From an uncultured Verrucomicrobiota bacterium (GTDB taxonomy: Bacteria; Verrucomicrobiota; Verrucomicrobiia; Limisphaerales; CAZVRY01): a stretch of 64,000 nt of DNA. Below are positions 9,207 to 19,023 of this stretch, piece by piece. Every line of letters begins with the position of its first letter. Positions within the stretch are counted from its first letter, which is position 1. The notes beneath the pieces are model-generated. The model was not told the DNA's origin. It saw nothing but the letters and a program-made list of their open reading frames with translations, and searched no databases. Position numbers and translations under genes: made by a program. The stretch is taken from positions 37-64,036 of the forward strand of contig CAZVRY010000008.1 in NCBI GenBank assembly GCA_964629545.1. Reading direction: 5' to 3'.

Positions 9207-11894
9207 ATGTTGACACCCGCCCAGGTCCGAGCCCAAGTCACCGCCATCCGGAAGCGGACGGCCAATGGCGCGCGCGCTTTTGCGATCCATGCCCACGCGG
9301 CTTGGATGGGGCCGGATCATCTGGAAGTGGCCGGCGAAGAACACAAGGTCGTGTCGTGCCAGTCCGATTTGCACGTCCGCGAAGCCTTGTTGCAGTCGGA
9401 CGCTGCACAACAACCCTGCATCCTGCTTTGTCATTTCGACCCGGCGCAGCTTGCCGATGACGTTTTGGCTCGCCTGGCCAAACGCCGCGTTTTCCATCCG
9501 CAGGCCAGCGAAGTGCTGGCCGAGCTTTTCGGAGCCCGTGTCATCGATCCCCGCGTTCTGGCCTGCAAGCCGCTCGTGGAAGCGCTGACGACAAAGACTC
9601 CTCAAGCCGGCTACAAGCCCGTCAGCGGCGGCAGCCTGGATTTCCAAACCGCCTGGCTCGCCCTGATCGAAACCGTCTTTGAGCAGAGGTGGGAAGGGCC
9701 AAGCCTTACGGGCATTTTGGGTTGGTCGCTCGACGAATCGAAGCTCCGCGCCTTCCGCGATCTGAACCCAGCTTTGCGCAAAGCCATGGCCGAGTGGTTC
9801 GTTCGTTCCAGGGGTGAGGCAGCCCGTTTCATGCTCTCGGCTTTGGAGGCCAACGCCGGGCCGGAGTTGCTGCCGCTCGGCTTGCTGGCCGGTCTTCTCT
9901 TTCAGTCCCAGTGCCGCGGGACCCCGGAAGCCCAAGTTGCCCTGGGCAGGTTGGAACGCTATTTCGACCACCGGGAGATCGACGAGCCCAGCGCGGTGGC
10001 TTGGGCTTCGGCGGCGGACGAATGGCTGCAAGAACACGCCGTGGCGGATCGGGGTTCCGTGCATCCACTCCTGGTCGGGTTGGACCGGTTGGTTGATCAG
10101 ACACGCGTTGCCGCACTGGCCCGCTTCAGCAAGTTCTCGCCGACCGGGTTGGAAATGCGTTTCGATGCAGTCGGCACAACCTTGGCCAGCGCGCTCAAAG
10201 TTGGGGGAGCCGACGCTCTGAAGCGTGCCGTGGCCGCCTTGCGTGAAGTCGAGACCCATTTCCTGGCCAGCGAGCACACCGCGCGCATCGGGCGCATCGG
10301 CATGGCCCTGCGCCTCCTGTCCTGGCTCCAAACGCCAGAGAATCCTGCTTCGCAGGCCAGCCTGTCACAGTTGTCTGCTTTCTACCTGAAGGAGGGTGGG
10401 TTCCTGGACTGGGCCAGAGACAACCTCCGGGAGTCGGACCCGGTGGGATCGTTGCGGGAGGCGTATCAAGAGATCCTGCGCCAGGTCGATTCGCGCTTTG
10501 GCAGAATGGAGCAGTCGTTTGTCCTGAGCTTTCAGCGATGGCTCGCCGATGGCAGTCCAGCCGGCGTCATGCTGCCGGTTGAAGATGTGCTGGGCGAGGT
10601 TGTCTGTCCGGCCGCTCGCGAGCATCCGGTCCTGTTGCTGGTGCTCGATGGGATGAGTGTGGCGGCATTCCGCCAGTTGCTAGACGACTTGCTGCGCCGG
10701 GACTGGGTGGAGCTGTCACACCCCAGAATTGGATTGCCCAAGCCCGTCGCGGCCGCCTTGCCTTCGATTACTGAGGTGTCGCGGTGGGCGTTGCTGGCTG
10801 GACGACTCGAGGAAGATCGGCGCAGCACGGAGAAGGCTGAGTTCAGCCGCAACCCCAGAGTGTTGGAATTGCTGGGAAACCAGTCCAAGCCGCAGTTGTT
10901 CACAAAGGGTGACCTGACCGCCACGAGTCAATTGGGGCTGGCCCCGGAGGTCCAGACGGCCATCCTCAATCGCAAGAACCGCCTCGTGGCCGTCGTGGTC
11001 AACGCGGTGGACGACCTGCTTGCGGCGGGCGACCAGGTGGCTGTCGCCTGGGAAATCGACACCATCAAGCCGCTTCGTGAATTGCTGCATGCGGCCCGGG
11101 ATGCTGGGCGCGTGGTGGTCCTCACCAGCGACCACGGGCATGTTCTGGACCAGAATTCACGCCAACTGCGGGCCGACGTCCCGGAGGCGGGTGACCGCTA
11201 CCGTGTGAGCGGTGGCGCGCTTGCGGAGGCGGAGATGGAGTTTACCGGGCGTCGCGTCGATCACGCGATGGGCTCGGCTGGCCTTGTCTGCCTCACGCAA
11301 CGCGAGTTTCGCTACCAGGCCAAGAAGCGGGGTTACCACGGCGGCGCCTGTGTGCAGGAAGTGGTCATCCCTTTGGCGGCTTTGCGGCATGTCGGCACCC
11401 CGGTACCAGAAGGTTGGGAGGACCTGCCCCCATTTCAACCAACCTGGTGGAATATCAGGCAGCCCACCAGTGAGGCCCCGGTGTTTCCTCCCCGCCCGAT
11501 CGCTCAACCGCCACGCGTAGCGCCGAAACCGCCTGGCGAATTGGATCTTTTTCCAGTCGTTGCGAAAGTGCCGGCCTCAGTGGCAGGCGACTGGCTGGGG
11601 GCGCTGCTGGTTTCACCGCTCTACCGCGAGCAAATGCGGCGAGCCACAAGAATGCCCAAGCTGCAGGACGAGATTCCCCGACTTCTGCGCGCCCTCGAAG
11701 CACGGGGCGGATCCATGCTTCGCGCTGCCCTGGCTCAAGAACTGGGCTTGCCCCTCTTCCGGATCGATGGGCTTGTTCAAAACGCGGGACGAATCCTCAA
11801 CCTGGACGGCTACGACGTGATTGGCTATGACCGCGCCGCGGAAACGGTCACCCTGAACCTGGAGTTGCTGAAGAGCCAATTCGGGCTCGAATGA
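9207..11894 (+). CDS. pglZ: PglZ-domain (alkaline-phosphatase superfamily) protein
   Basis: Motifs HPVLLLVLDGMSVAAFRQLL and RVVVLTSDHGHVLD are typical of PglZ. The start is ambiguous: GTG 9153 (inside the hairpin), ATG 9171 or ATG 9207. I chose 9207. Confidence 0.75.
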   Translation: MLTPAQVRAQVTAIRKRTANGARAFAIHAHAAWMGPDHLEVAGEEHKVVSCQSDLHVREALLQSDAAQQPCILLCHFDPAQLADDVLARLAKRRVFHPQASEVLAELFGARVIDPRVLACKPLVEALTTKTPQAGYKPVSGGSLDFQTAWLALIETVFEQRWEGPSLTGILGWSLDESKLRAFRDLNPALRKAMAEWFVRSRGEAARFMLSALEANAGPELLPLGLLAGLLFQSQCRGTPEAQVALGRLERYFDHREIDEPSAVAWASAADEWLQEHAVADRGSVHPLLVGLDRLVDQTRVAALARFSKFSPTGLEMRFDAVGTTLASALKVGGADALKRAVAALREVETHFLASEHTARIGRIGMALRLLSWLQTPENPASQASLSQLSAFYLKEGGFLDWARDNLRESDPVGSLREAYQEILRQVDSRFGRMEQSFVLSFQRWLADGSPAGVMLPVEDVLGEVVCPAAREHPVLLLVLDGMSVAAFRQLLDDLLRRDWVELSHPRIGLPKPVAAALPSITEVSRWALLAGRLEEDRRSTEKAEFSRNPRVLELLGNQSKPQLFTKGDLTATSQLGLAPEVQTAILNRKNRLVAVVVNAVDDLLAAGDQVAVAWEIDTIKPLRELLHAARDAGRVVVLTSDHGHVLDQNSRQLRADVPEAGDRYRVSGGALAEAEMEFTGRRVDHAMGSAGLVCLTQREFRYQAKKRGYHGGACVQEVVIPLAALRHVGTPVPEGWEDLPPFQPTWWNIRQPTSEAPVFPPRPIAQPPRVAPKPPGELDLFPVVAKVPASVAGDWLGALLVSPLYREQMRRATRMPKLQDEIPRLLRALEARGGSMLRAALAQELGLPLFRIDGLVQNAGRILNLDGYDVIGYDRAAETVTLNLELLKSQFGLE

Positions 11895-11903
11895 TCGAAA
11901 GCC

Positions 11904-13220
11904 ATGGTTAGCCCCAAACGACGAGAAGAGATCCTGGATGCCCTGCGGCGCGGCACGGTCCCGCAGGATGGCCTCGACGTGTTTGCGGTGGGCTTGGAAC
12001 GGTTCGAAGGCACGGTCGAGGCGGAGCTTCGCCGGGTCAAAGAGGGAGGCAACGCGTTCAAGGCGATCCGTGGCGACTACGGATGCGGCAAGACGTTCTT
12101 CTCCCGTTGGCTTCAGGAACGGGCTCGTCGCCAGGGTTTCGCCACGGCGGAAGTGCAGATCTCCGAGACTGAAACCCCGTTGCACCGGCTGGAGACGGTT
12201 TACCGGCGGATGCTGGAAAGGCTCGCGACGTCATCGGTGAGGACGGCGGCGTTTCGAAGTATCGTTGACGCCTGGTTCTACACCTTGGAGGAGGACGTCT
12301 TGAGCACAAGCGCGGTCACGGGGGCTGACGACCATCGACTGCTGGCCGAGACGAATCGCCTGATGGAGAAGCGTCTGGAGAATCTGTCGCAATCGGCGCC
12401 CAGTTTCTCGGCGGCCCTGCGCGGTTACCGCGAGGCGTTGGCCAAGGGCGACACCGCCACCGCTGAAGGCCTGATGGCCTGGGTGTCGGGGCAGCCGAAC
12501 GTTGGCGCCAGCCTTAAGCGGGCGGCCAATCTGAAGGGCGAGGTGGATCACTTTGCCGCGCTCAGCTTCCTCCGAGGATTGCTGGTGGTGTTGCGTGACT
12601 CAGGCCACGGCGGCCTGGTCATCGTCCTGGATGAAGTCGAAACGCTCCAGCGTGTCCGGACCGACGCGCGCGAAAAGGCGCTCAATGCGCTTCGCCAGTT
12701 GATCGACGAAATCGACGCGGGACGCTTTCCCGGGCTTTACCTGTTGATCACGGGAACGCCGACCTTCTTTGATGGGCCGCAGGGCATCAACAAACTCGCG
12801 CCCCTGGCCCAGCGATTGCAGACGGATTTCAGCACCGACTCACGCTTCGACAATCCGCGGGCCCCTCAGATCCGGCTGCAACCGTTTGATCTCGGCCTGC
12901 TCATGGCGGTCGGCCGCAAGGTCAGGGACTTGCATGCCGAGGGTTCCGCGGCGCGCCAGAAACTGCTCTTCGTGGCCGATGATTCTCTGATCGAGGCGCT
13001 CGCCCAAGGTGTGGCCGGGCGGTTGGGTGGGAAGATCGGCATTGCCCCACGCCTCTTCCTGAAGAAACTGGTGGCCGATGTCCTGGATCGTATCGAACTG
13101 CACCCGGATTTTGATCCGCGTCGCGACTACCGTTTGACGGTCCGGGAAGAGGAACTCACTGAGGAGGAACGCAACCTCGCCCCCGCCGGCTCGGTGGATG
13201 ACATCGCCTTGAAGCTGTGA
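11904..13220 (+). CDS. brxD: BrxD-like P-loop ATPase (DUF2791-type)
   Basis: 438 aa. REEILDALRRGTVPQDGLDVFAVGLERFE...FKAIRGDYGCGKTFFSRWL...AEVQISETETPLHRLETVYRRMLERL matches the remembered BrxD N-terminal pattern. Walker B-like motif is LVIVLDEVETL. The gene starts 9 nt after the pglZ stop. Confidence 0.75.
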   Translation: MVSPKRREEILDALRRGTVPQDGLDVFAVGLERFEGTVEAELRRVKEGGNAFKAIRGDYGCGKTFFSRWLQERARRQGFATAEVQISETETPLHRLETVYRRMLERLATSSVRTAAFRSIVDAWFYTLEEDVLSTSAVTGADDHRLLAETNRLMEKRLENLSQSAPSFSAALRGYREALAKGDTATAEGLMAWVSGQPNVGASLKRAANLKGEVDHFAALSFLRGLLVVLRDSGHGGLVIVLDEVETLQRVRTDAREKALNALRQLIDEIDAGRFPGLYLLITGTPTFFDGPQGINKLAPLAQRLQTDFSTDSRFDNPRAPQIRLQPFDLGLLMAVGRKVRDLHAEGSAARQKLLFVADDSLIEALAQGVAGRLGGKIGIAPRLFLKKLVADVLDRIELHPDFDPRRDYRLTVREEELTEEERNLAPAGSVDDIALKL

Positions 13221-15325
13221 GCTCCGTCGAGAAGCTCGATCCGCTGGTCCAGCACCACATCGTCAACACGCTGGGCTGGCGCGAGCTCCGTCAGCTCCAG
13301 GAGTTGAGCATTGAGCCTATTCTGAGAGGAGACCACAGCCTCCTGATTGCCCCGACGGCCGGGGGCAAGACCGAGGCGGCCTTCCTACCCGTTCTCTCCC
13401 GCATCTGCTCGGAAAGCTGGCCCCCGTTGAGCGTCCTTTACATCTGCCCGCTGAAGGCGCTCTTGAACAACCTGGCGGTAAGGTTGGACCGCTACACCAC
13501 CATGGTCGGCCGCAGCAGCGCGGTTTGGCACGGGGATATCCCCAGTGGCGATCGGGCGAGGATCCGTCGCCAGGCTCCTGACGTCCTCTTGACGACCCCA
13601 GAATCGCTGGAGTCGATGCTTGTCTCTACCAAGCCGGAGGGGCGGGAGATGCTCAAGTCCGTGCGCGTGGTGATCGTGGACGAAATTCACGCGTTTGCCT
13701 CCGACGACCGCGGCTGGCATTTGCTCGCCATTCTGGAACGGCTCTGCCGCATGTCGGGGCGCGAGATTCAACGGATCGGGCTGTCCGCCACCGTGGGGAA
13801 CCCCGAGCAGTTGCTCGACTGGTTGGCTGGCCATTGTGAAGGCCAACGGACGGTGACCATGCCTCCACCGGAGAGCGCATTAGCAGCCGAGGTCACGATG
13901 GATTACGTCGGCAATCTGGAGAATGCGGCGATTGTCATCTCCCGCTTGCATCGCGGGGAAAAGCGGTTGGTGTTCTGTGATAGCCGCAGTCAAGTCGAGG
14001 AACTCGCTGGACGGCTTCGAAGCCTGTCCGTTCGGACCTTCGTTTCGCACAGCTCCCTGGGTGTAGAAGAACGGCGTGAGGCTGAAGCGGCGTTCAGCGA
14101 AGGCGCGGATTGCGTTATCGTGGCCACGAGCACTCTGGAGTTAGGGATCGATGTTGGAGATTTGGATCGTGTCATCCAGATCGATGCCCCCAACACGGTG
14201 GCCTCGTTTCTGCAACGGGTCGGACGGACCGGCCGGCGTCCGGGTCAGCCGCGCAACTGCCTTTTCCTGGCCACATCGCCCAACAGCCTGCTCCGGGCCT
14301 GCGCGATCGTGCAGTTGTGGCGCGACGGCTTCGTCGAGCCGGTCGAACCGCCGCCGGTTCCGCTGCACGTTTTTGTCCAGCAACTGATGACGCTCGCGCT
14401 GCAATTGAACGGCCTTGGCGTGCGTGATTGGCGCCGTTGGCTGGGGCGACTGCCTCCTTTTCGTGATCTCACCGACTCTGACGTTGGCGAAATCCTGGAC
14501 CACATGCTCAGGGAGAACATCCTCTTTTCGGATGGCATCCGTTTGAGCCTCGGAGACCAGGCGCATGCAGAATTTGGGCGCCGTCACTTCATGGAGCTTC
14601 TGTCCGTCTTCACAACTCCTCCCATGATGACGGTGTGGCATGGGAATCGGGAACTCGGCCACGTGGATCAGATCTCAGTCGTGCGCGCCAAGCCGGATGA
14701 ACCGGTGATCCTCTCCTTGGGTGGGCGGGGGTGGCGCGTCCAGACCATCGACTGGACAGCCCGCAAAGCGTTCGTCGAGCCAGCGGAGACGAAAGGCCGA
14801 TCTTCATGGCTCGGGGTGCGGCGGGGCGTGTCCTATTGGATCGCCCGAGCGGTTCACCGGCTGCTGACTTCGGATGCCGGGGATCCCAGTTGGAGTCGCC
14901 GGACCGAGGAACAGATGGCGGCCCTGCGGATCGACTACGCTTTCCTCAAGCCGGACGCGGACGTCCTCGTTTCCGACCCATCCACAGGACGGTGGGAATG
15001 GCACACCCTGGCAGGGAGTGGCCTGAATCAAGTGCTCGCCCAATCCCTTGACCGCTCCGGACTCAACACCGCCGGCAGTGACGATTTCTTGATCGCCATG
15101 ATCGGTCCGGTCGATCCTGCGGTTTTCGAAAGTGTGGTCAGGGATCTCAACGCCGTTTCAGCTCGGGACCTTTTTGATCCTCCCGCCCAACTGGGGCAAT
15201 CGTTGAAGTTCAGCTCCTGCCTGCCACCCAGGATGGTCGCAGATCTCCTACGCCGGCGGTGGGTCGCCACAGCGCACCTACAGCAAGTCGTCGATCGTTC
15301 ACGGAAGGTCATCGTTGGTAAGTAA
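13217..15325 (+). CDS. brxHI: Lhr-like DEAD/DEAH helicase (BrxHI-like)
   Basis: 702 aa. The GTG start overlaps the brxD stop (GTGA). Helicase motifs are LIAPTAGGKTEAAF (I), VVIVDEIHAF (II), GLSATVGN (III) and QRVGRTGRR (VI). Confidence 0.75.
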   Translation: MSSVEKLDPLVQHHIVNTLGWRELRQLQELSIEPILRGDHSLLIAPTAGGKTEAAFLPVLSRICSESWPPLSVLYICPLKALLNNLAVRLDRYTTMVGRSSAVWHGDIPSGDRARIRRQAPDVLLTTPESLESMLVSTKPEGREMLKSVRVVIVDEIHAFASDDRGWHLLAILERLCRMSGREIQRIGLSATVGNPEQLLDWLAGHCEGQRTVTMPPPESALAAEVTMDYVGNLENAAIVISRLHRGEKRLVFCDSRSQVEELAGRLRSLSVRTFVSHSSLGVEERREAEAAFSEGADCVIVATSTLELGIDVGDLDRVIQIDAPNTVASFLQRVGRTGRRPGQPRNCLFLATSPNSLLRACAIVQLWRDGFVEPVEPPPVPLHVFVQQLMTLALQLNGLGVRDWRRWLGRLPPFRDLTDSDVGEILDHMLRENILFSDGIRLSLGDQAHAEFGRRHFMELLSVFTTPPMMTVWHGNRELGHVDQISVVRAKPDEPVILSLGGRGWRVQTIDWTARKAFVEPAETKGRSSWLGVRRGVSYWIARAVHRLLTSDAGDPSWSRRTEEQMAALRIDYAFLKPDADVLVSDPSTGRWEWHTLAGSGLNQVLAQSLDRSGLNTAGSDDFLIAMIGPVDPAVFESVVRDLNAVSARDLFDPPAQLGQSLKFSSCLPPRMVADLLRRRWVATAHLQQVVDRSRKVIVGK

Positions 15326-15437
15326 TGATCTCGGAGCGCGCCGGTTGTTGGTTGCTCATGGTCTGGGCATGGCAGGTGGCCCGTAGAGTTCTCGCTAAGC
15401 AGGCCAGGCTGAAGAAGATTAACCGGGAAACATCGTC

Positions 15438-16016
15438 CTATTTCGAGAGAACCAGCACTGCGTTTCGCCCCGCCTTGGTTGCGGTGTAGAGCCGCTTGGG
15501 GGACCTCCCTTTGCCAAGCTCGCTTGCTGCGAAGCCGAGATCAGCCAGTTCCTTCAATGCCCGGAGGGTGGGATTTAGACCAATTGAATGCTTGCCGCGC
15601 AAGCTCTTGCGCAGGGCCGTGGCGGTAACAGGGCCTCGAGGTTCCAGCATGACCAATTCGAGCAGAACTGACCTGCGCGTCTTTGCGCGCGCAACCAGGG
15701 CATATTTCCGCCAATTGAGGGGTGAGGAGATTGCAGGAATCTCGACGGCATAGGCTTCCATGACCGCCTGGCGTCCAGTCTCGGTGAGATCATACAGTTT
15801 TCCCGTGACGTGGCCGGGGTTGAGGCAGACCACTAACCTGCGCTGCCTCATCTCCTGCATCACGTGCCAAATGTCGCGAAGTTGGATCCGAGGGTTCAGC
15901 GCGCGCGCAGCCTGACAGATCTCGGTCGTCGTCATGGGCTTGCTCAGCACCCTGGCGATGGCTGAGCGCTGGCGTCCCCTCCCTATCCAGCGAATGAGTG
16001 ATTGTCGTCGTTCCAT
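15438..16016 (-). CDS. Tandem winged-helix (ArsR/MarR-like) DNA-binding protein
   Basis: 192 aa made of two similar ~80-aa halves. Each ends in a wing-like G(K/R)..LY..T..G(R)(Q/N)AV segment (TGKLYDLTETGRQAV and SPKRLYTATKAGRNAV). The gene is divergent from the M48 protease genes. Confidence 0.5.
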   Translation of the reverse strand: MERRQSLIRWIGRGRQRSAIARVLSKPMTTTEICQAARALNPRIQLRDIWHVMQEMRQRRLVVCLNPGHVTGKLYDLTETGRQAVMEAYAVEIPAISSPLNWRKYALVARAKTRRSVLLELVMLEPRGPVTATALRKSLRGKHSIGLNPTLRALKELADLGFAASELGKGRSPKRLYTATKAGRNAVLVLSK

Positions 16017-16543
16017 CAGATTGTCGTCCCTCCAGAGTTAATAAACCTTTCGTACAATCGGTTCGGAAAACGCCACTGGCCAGGGACGTCTTCCGATCCG
16101 GTCGCGCGCCTCGCGCATCGATCGACAATCCGGACAACGCGGACAACCCGGACGAATAGGTCATCGAGATCTACCTCGGGTTCCAGCATGGGGAGGCATC
16201 CTCAACTCCCCGCACGGCTTGCGCCGGGAGCACGGCGACAAGCCTCTCCTGGGCCGGCCTGCCCGTGGGGCTGAGGGATCGTGACGTCAAAGGACGGAAA
16301 AGGCGTGGCGTCAGGTTTCCGGCGAGCGCAGCCCCGGTCGGGTGCCCGGCTAGGCGGCGGTCCTCTACGATCGGTTGCCGCCGGCACGAAACGACTTGTC
16401 GCGCCCCTTCGGATCTTCTGCGGGAGGTCCGGGGAACCCATCCCCAGCCCGGACTGACCCAGGGAGGATGGCTGGGGGGCGCCTTCATTGATGTCCATCT
16501 CTTGTCTATTGCGCTGCAAGAAGATGGATCGCTTCCGCCCTTT

Positions 16544-16581
16544 GATGTCATGGTGCCATGGCGGACATGACATGTGACATC
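16544..16581. promoter_or_regulatory. Cluster of CATG-rich inverted repeats in the 700-nt leader upstream of the first M48 gene (candidate operator)
   Basis: GATGTCA (16544-16550) and TGACATC (16575-16581) are reverse complements. Between them lie CCATGG and ACATG-A-CATGT. The stretch is locally AT-richer than its surroundings. No -10/-35 assignment was attempted. Confidence 0.25.
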
Positions 16582-16722
16582 CATGCACTCGCCCCAGGGC
16601 AAATAAACGAAACTGGGCCGGCGGAGAATTCGCGGAATGCCGGGTTGCTCTCGCGAGGCTTTGTCTTTAGAAATCCCGTGAACCCCATCCAGCGGGAGAG
16701 TGCTTGAGCCACCTACGGAACC

Positions 16723-18855
16723 ATGAGCTCTTCGTCGATGCAGGGGGCATCCCAGCCCCGGAAGAATACCCCCGCTGTGCCCATAATTCGTAACTTGGCG
16801 ATGCGACTCGCCGGCCTTCGCTTCCATCCCCTGTTTGTGGATGAGATCGTTGTCCATGCCCCCGCGGAGGACACCTCCGCCCTTTGGCGTGAATTCCTTG
16901 AGCAGCGGAATCTCCACCCCGGGCCTGGAGACCCGGGCCACCTACTGGACCAGGTTGCCGTTGATTCGCGTCCAGCGTGGAGTCTCTTTTGGAAACGCCT
17001 GCCCAAGTTGGTTTGCTACGCCGTCGAACCTGCCAGTGAGACGAGCGCGCGGCTAAGGCTACAACCTGGCCCCGGGGACCTAGTCGGCCGGACGGCGCTG
17101 CTCTTGTGCGCCTTGCTGGCCGCCGGGCTGAACGCCGCGTTCGCCTTGTTGCTCGCCAACCGTGATCGTCTCGGCCCTTCTGGTGATCTTGCGTCCACCG
17201 GGCTCCTGCTTCCGCTGCTGGTCATTCTCGGCGGCTACTGGGTCGTCGGATTCTGGTTATCCACTCGGCTGACGGCTGGACGCCGGTTCGCTGCCGAGTT
17301 TGGCCAATTCCTGACCGAGCGGACGGGCATCCACCACACGTCGGCTCAGTTCCCAAACCCGGCATGGAGAGAATCGATCGCTTTCCTTATCGCGGTTCTC
17401 GCCCTCGCGGCGGTCATTGGACAGTTGAGTTTTTCCGCGTTGGCCTCGCCGAGAGATGCCGTTTTCCTGGTGGCCACGAGCGGGGCATTGTTTCTGATAA
17501 TCGGTGTCTATTTTGTGTCCGGCCCCTCGCTGGTCCGTTGGCTCACGGGGCACGCGGCTTTCATCGCCTCTGTGGCCCTTGCCCTGCAGAACATCTTTCC
17601 CCTCCTCCTCGCGGCAATTGCGTTTGACCAACTCCGGTCTTCCAACGCCGACCTGCCCATCAGCCACCCCAGCATCCCCCAGTTCGCCTCCCTCGGCTTG
17701 GCGGCCATCGCGATCTTTTTGGGTGAAGTGGTCCTGCTCGCATTTGCGGCGCGCGCCGGTTTCGTGCTGGCGCGCAGCCTGGATTACTGGCACGCGCGAA
17801 CCGAAACCTACCGCGGCCAAACCACGCCGCGCCGCCTGCTCCTCATCCTGGCGGCAGCGCCTTGCGCCCTCCTCGCTGGCTTCTTTCTTCTGCTCGCCTT
17901 CTTGGAAAGCGCGGTCTTCGTTCAGGATTGGTTGCTCGGCCGGCACCGGCTGATTCGAAGTGCGTTGCTTTTCGAGTATGCGGCGGCCTTCGTCACGTGG
18001 ATGGCGGGACAATGCGCAAGGCCGCTCGGGCTCGCAGCCGATCCTCGCTTCGTTTCGGAGTGTTTTTGGGTCTGCCATTGCGCTCCCGTGCTGCTTTGGG
18101 GAGGCAGCCAACTCCTCCTCGCGGCTGATGAAGTCCGGCTCCATATCAAATGTTGGCGTCGAGGACAGCCGGCGCCTGCTCCTGAACAGGCGAAGCGGAC
18201 CTGCGATCTCGCAGCCTCCATCGCCGCCTCCGCTCGGATCCGCCCGCCCGTGATCCGGTTCGAGGATTCGTTGGGCATTCATGCGCGCGCGGTCATTTCG
18301 CCAATTCCCGGCTTGCCGAGGATTATCGTCCTTTCCACCGGAGCCGTGGCGATCTTGCCATGGGCGAACCTTCGCGCCTTGCTCGCCCATGAGATCGGCC
18401 ACATCAAGCTCGGCCACACCCGGCTCTACAGTTTCCTCGGCCTGGTTTCCCGAGTCCTCCTCCTTGGTCCGGCGTTCCTCACCGGAATGATCCGCACACC
18501 TGACCGGCTTGAAGCCGAGGCGGACCGTTTCGCGGTGACCTGGCTCGAAGCCCACGGCGGATCGCGCGAGGATCTCATTGCCGCCCTCAGCCTGGCTGAA
18601 CAGCAGCGTTTTCTAGGGCTCCTGCATCCTCAGGGTCCGGAGGGCGTTATGATGCATCACGGTGCGCCCGCTGACTGGCTGCCGCCGAAGTTGCGCGAAG
18701 TCCTGGCCGGGGCCGAGGCGCTTCCATGGCATCGGAGGGTTGCCGGCGGCTGGCGGTTGCTTTATCACCTGACCATGCATGCCGGCCTAGCCAGCTACGT
18801 GCACCTCCCGCTTCCGGAGCGGGTAGTCATCATTCGTCAGCTACCCCGCAACTGA
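16723..18855 (+). CDS. Polytopic membrane protein with a C-terminal M48/M56-type Zn-metalloprotease domain (paralog 1)
   Basis: 710 aa with about 10 hydrophobic segments. HEIGH lies at nt 18388-18402, followed by EAEADRFA as the third-ligand motif. Alternative ATG starts at 16738 and 16801; alignment with paralog 2 favours about 16801. Confidence 0.7.
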   Translation: MSSSSMQGASQPRKNTPAVPIIRNLAMRLAGLRFHPLFVDEIVVHAPAEDTSALWREFLEQRNLHPGPGDPGHLLDQVAVDSRPAWSLFWKRLPKLVCYAVEPASETSARLRLQPGPGDLVGRTALLLCALLAAGLNAAFALLLANRDRLGPSGDLASTGLLLPLLVILGGYWVVGFWLSTRLTAGRRFAAEFGQFLTERTGIHHTSAQFPNPAWRESIAFLIAVLALAAVIGQLSFSALASPRDAVFLVATSGALFLIIGVYFVSGPSLVRWLTGHAAFIASVALALQNIFPLLLAAIAFDQLRSSNADLPISHPSIPQFASLGLAAIAIFLGEVVLLAFAARAGFVLARSLDYWHARTETYRGQTTPRRLLLILAAAPCALLAGFFLLLAFLESAVFVQDWLLGRHRLIRSALLFEYAAAFVTWMAGQCARPLGLAADPRFVSECFWVCHCAPVLLWGGSQLLLAADEVRLHIKCWRRGQPAPAPEQAKRTCDLAASIAASARIRPPVIRFEDSLGIHARAVISPIPGLPRIIVLSTGAVAILPWANLRALLAHEIGHIKLGHTRLYSFLGLVSRVLLLGPAFLTGMIRTPDRLEAEADRFAVTWLEAHGGSREDLIAALSLAEQQRFLGLLHPQGPEGVMMHHGAPADWLPPKLREVLAGAEALPWHRRVAGGWRLLYHLTMHAGLASYVHLPLPERVVIIRQLPRN

Positions 18856-18900
18856 ACCCACTCGTGAACGCTTCCCTCGCATTGGCTGGTGATGCCAGTT
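18500..18900 (+). repeat. High-identity direct repeat, copy 1 (3' end of M48 paralog 1 plus about 45 nt downstream)
   Basis: About 90% nucleotide identity to 20741-21141 at a constant offset of 2241 nt. Identity falls to roughly 65-70% immediately upstream and to about 30-35% at the amino-acid level in the TM region. Confidence 0.75.
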
Positions 18901-19023
18901 CGATAATCTCAGTGCGCTGCGCTTGTCGGCAGGTTCGCTGGGCTGGCCTACGCCTCAGGCCGAAAAGCACTGGGCCTCGTCAGCTTGTCCGCGACGTCCT
19001 GCATTGAGTTCGCTGCCAGTCGC

